This document shows positions 61,894 to 64,000 of a stretch of 64,000 bases of DNA, in pieces (position 1 is the stretch's first letter; every line of letters begins with the position of its first letter). The DNA is from Candidatus Anaeroferrophillacea bacterium. Its GTDB lineage: Bacteria; Desulfobacterota; Anaeroferrophillalia; Anaeroferrophillales; Anaeroferrophillaceae. The DNA is taken from assembly GCA_016933675.1 (NCBI GenBank), contig JAFGAM010000100.1, forward strand, positions 8,928 through 72,927, read 5' to 3'. The position numbers were made by a program, and so were the translations under genes. The notes beneath the pieces were generated by a model that was not told the origin of the DNA, searched no databases, and saw only the letters and a list, made by a program, of their open reading frames with translations.

Positions 61894-64000
61894 ATGCGCA
61901 TGCATATAGAGGATATGGGCAGGTTTCTCAAACTGGGTGTTTACCTGGTGGTTATCGTGCTGGTGAACCTGGCGGGGATGACCGTGTTCTTCCGGGCCGA
62001 CCTGACCACCGACCGGATCTACACCCTGTCGGCGGCGAGCCGGGAGACGGTGGCGACGCTGTCCGAACCGCTGACGGTGAAGGTTTTCTTCACCCGCGAT
62101 CTGCCGGCGCCCCACAACCAGACCGAACGCTACCTGCACGATCTGCTGGAGGAGTACGCCATTGCCGGCAACCGTTATTTCAACTACCGGTTCCACGATG
62201 TCAGCGCCGAGGCCGACAGCCTCGATCCGGCGGCGGCGGAAAATCGCGATCTGGCGCGGGAATATGGTATTTCGCCGGTGCAGATCCAGATGGTGGAGAA
62301 CGACGAGATCAAGTTCAAACAGGCCTATATGGGCCTGGTGCTGATCCACGGCGACCTGGTGGAGCGCATTCCGGCATTGACCACCGTCAGCGGTCTCGAG
62401 TACCGTTTGACCACCGCCATGCAGAAGCTCAACAACAAGGTCAGCGCCCTGCTCAACGTCGATGGTGACATTGCCGTCAGACTGGTGCTGTCTTCCTCCC
62501 TCGAGCGTGTCGCGCCCCTCATGGGATTGGACGCACTGCCGGGTTTCGTCAACGATGTCAAGGCAATTGTCGAGAAGGTCAATGCCCGGAACTACGGCAA
62601 ACTGAAATTTGTCCACATCGATCCCGATACCGATCCGGCGACGGCGGCAAAGCTGGCCGACCGCCAGTTGATGCAGTTGAGCTGGCCGGATGTTCCCCAG
62701 GCGGGCGTTGCCGCCGGCGAGGGGATGATCGGCATGGTGATGGCATACGGCGACCGGACCCGTGATCTGCCGGTGCTCAACGTTTTCCGCCTCCCCATTA
62801 TCGGTACCCGCTACGAGCTTGCCGATGCCGCCGCCATCGAGGAGATGATCAACACCGCCATCGACCGGCTGGTGGACATCAACACTGAGCTGGGCATGCT
62901 CTCCGGCCACGGTTGTCTTGATGCCGGGGGGTTCGATCCGATGATGGGCGGCGGCAGTCCCGATGCCCTGAACAACTTTGCCGCCCTCGCCGGGCAGAAC
63001 TATTCCCTGAAACCGGTGCGCCTCGCCGACGGCGGTATCCCTCCGGGCCTGAGGACCCTGGTCATCGTCCGGCCGACGGAGTCCCTCAGTGATTATGAAC
63101 TCTACCAGATCGACCAGGCACTGATGCACGGCACCAGCCTTGCACTGTTCGTCGATACCTTCGCCGAAGCGCAGCCTCCCGCCGGGCAGCAGATGTTCAG
63201 CCGTCAGCCGACCTACAAGCCGCTGGACACGGGGCTTGAAAAGCTCCTGGCCCACTACGGGGTACGGCTGCAGAACGCCCTGGTGCTGGATGAAAAATGC
63301 TACCACCAGCGGCTCGACCGGCGCATGGGCGGCGGCGAGCAGCCGATCTATTACGCGCCGCTCATCGAGCGTGAGAACATCAACCAGGAACTCGACTATA
63401 TCAAAAACGTCAAGGGCCTGATCGCCTTGAAGATTGCTCCTCTGGAGCTGGACCGGGAGCGCCTGGAGGCGCAATCGGCGGCGGCCCACCTGCTGTTTTC
63501 GTCGTCCGACCGCTCCTGGGTGGTGCGCGATAATATCACCCTGAACCCCATGTTCATGCGTCCGCCGGCGGCGGCGGAGGAGTTTGCCGGCCGACCGCTG
63601 GCGTACCTGCTGGAGGGATCATTCACCAGCTATTTCAGCGGCAAACCGCGGCCGGAGAAGCCGGCAGGTACAACGGCGGACGACAAGGATGCCACCGGTG
63701 GCGGCAGCGAGACCGAGACCGCGGCCGCCGGGGATGGGGCGGCGAAGACCGCGGCAAAAGAAACCGCCGGCAAACCTTCCCTGCGGGCCGATGTCCGGGG
63801 GGAGGGCGATTTTGTCGAACGCAGCCCGGCGGTGAAGATTCTCGTGGTGCCTTCGGGTGACATGTTGCGGGACAATCTGCTGGATGAGCAGGGACAGACC
63901 ACCAACACCATGTTCGTTCTCAACCTGATCGATGTACTCAACGGCCGCGAGGATATCGCCGCCATGCGCAGCAAGGAACAGCGCTTCAACCCGCTGGCGG
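61894..64000 (+). CDS. GldG-like ABC-transporter auxiliary protein, 3' end beyond window
   Basis: GGGGAGGAGG RBS then ATG 61894. N-terminal TM then DLTTDRIYTLSAASRETVATLSEPLTVKVFFTRDLP, typical of the GldG family. Open to position 64000, and not in the ORF track because no stop is reached. Confidence 0.8.
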   Translation, partial: MRMHIEDMGRFLKLGVYLVVIVLVNLAGMTVFFRADLTTDRIYTLSAASRETVATLSEPLTVKVFFTRDLPAPHNQTERYLHDLLEEYAIAGNRYFNYRFHDVSAEADSLDPAAAENRDLAREYGISPVQIQMVENDEIKFKQAYMGLVLIHGDLVERIPALTTVSGLEYRLTTAMQKLNNKVSALLNVDGDIAVRLVLSSSLERVAPLMGLDALPGFVNDVKAIVEKVNARNYGKLKFVHIDPDTDPATAAKLADRQLMQLSWPDVPQAGVAAGEGMIGMVMAYGDRTRDLPVLNVFRLPIIGTRYELADAAAIEEMINTAIDRLVDINTELGMLSGHGCLDAGGFDPMMGGGSPDALNNFAALAGQNYSLKPVRLADGGIPPGLRTLVIVRPTESLSDYELYQIDQALMHGTSLALFVDTFAEAQPPAGQQMFSRQPTYKPLDTGLEKLLAHYGVRLQNALVLDEKCYHQRLDRRMGGGEQPIYYAPLIERENINQELDYIKNVKGLIALKIAPLELDRERLEAQSAAAHLLFSSSDRSWVVRDNITLNPMFMRPPAAAEEFAGRPLAYLLEGSFTSYFSGKPRPEKPAGTTADDKDATGGGSETETAAAGDGAAKTAAKETAGKPSLRADVRGEGDFVERSPAVKILVVPSGDMLRDNLLDEQGQTTNTMFVLNLIDVLNGREDIAAMRSKEQRFNPLA

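Overview
Visibly GC-rich bacterial chromosomal window with short AT-rich islets. The gene content (rubrerythrin, BcrAD/HgdC-type activase, ADP-forming acyl-CoA synthetase/GNAT, PEP-CTERM-like sorting tails) suggests an anaerobic Desulfuromonadales/Geobacter-like organism; this is inference only. I can support about 56 protein-coding genes, nearly all on the + strand. I found no rRNA, tRNA, CRISPR array or intact mobile element.

Layout:
- 1-21.7 kb: housekeeping and repair genes. These are an NFACT fragment, gpmA, acyP, a JAB-DinG helicase fusion, a tautomerase, HAD and SDR enzymes, a STAS-DUF1990 fusion and two flavoprotein oxidoreductases. They continue with an amidohydrolase, umuD, a hybrid sensor kinase, umuC, a Pat-like acetyltransferase and an activase.
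- 21.7-24.1 kb: AT-rich islet with parDE, rubrerythrin and a decayed AAA/DUF4143 pseudogene.
- 24.1-36.6 kb: two efflux systems (TetR-MFP-RND-TolC and NodT-MacA-MacB-like) separated by a vapBC islet.
- 36.8-40.4 kb: LpxL-like acyltransferase, glycerate kinase and a secreted protein of unknown function.
- 40.4-57.2 kb (the most interesting part): three cobalamin-riboswitch-related elements. One complete riboswitch precedes a Crp/AraC-type regulator. A second complete one leads an operon with a BtuB-like TonB-dependent receptor, a DUF4465 protein and two paralogous unassigned secreted proteins, two of the four carrying exosortase-type C-terminal anchors. The third is a truncated duplicate. A Vibrio-TonB2-type six-gene energizer cluster and a large porin-like outer-membrane protein follow.
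- 57.5-64 kb: hypothetical secreted protein, thiolase and a GldA/F/G-like ABC system that is cut by the window end.

A structured interspersed repeat of about 125-170 nt (5' box GATGGCACCGTAAC..., 3' hairpin GAAGATGG-N12/13-CCATCA) occurs at least 5-8 times in intergenic positions.

The many long antisense ORFs in the track are GC-driven shadow ORFs and are not reported.
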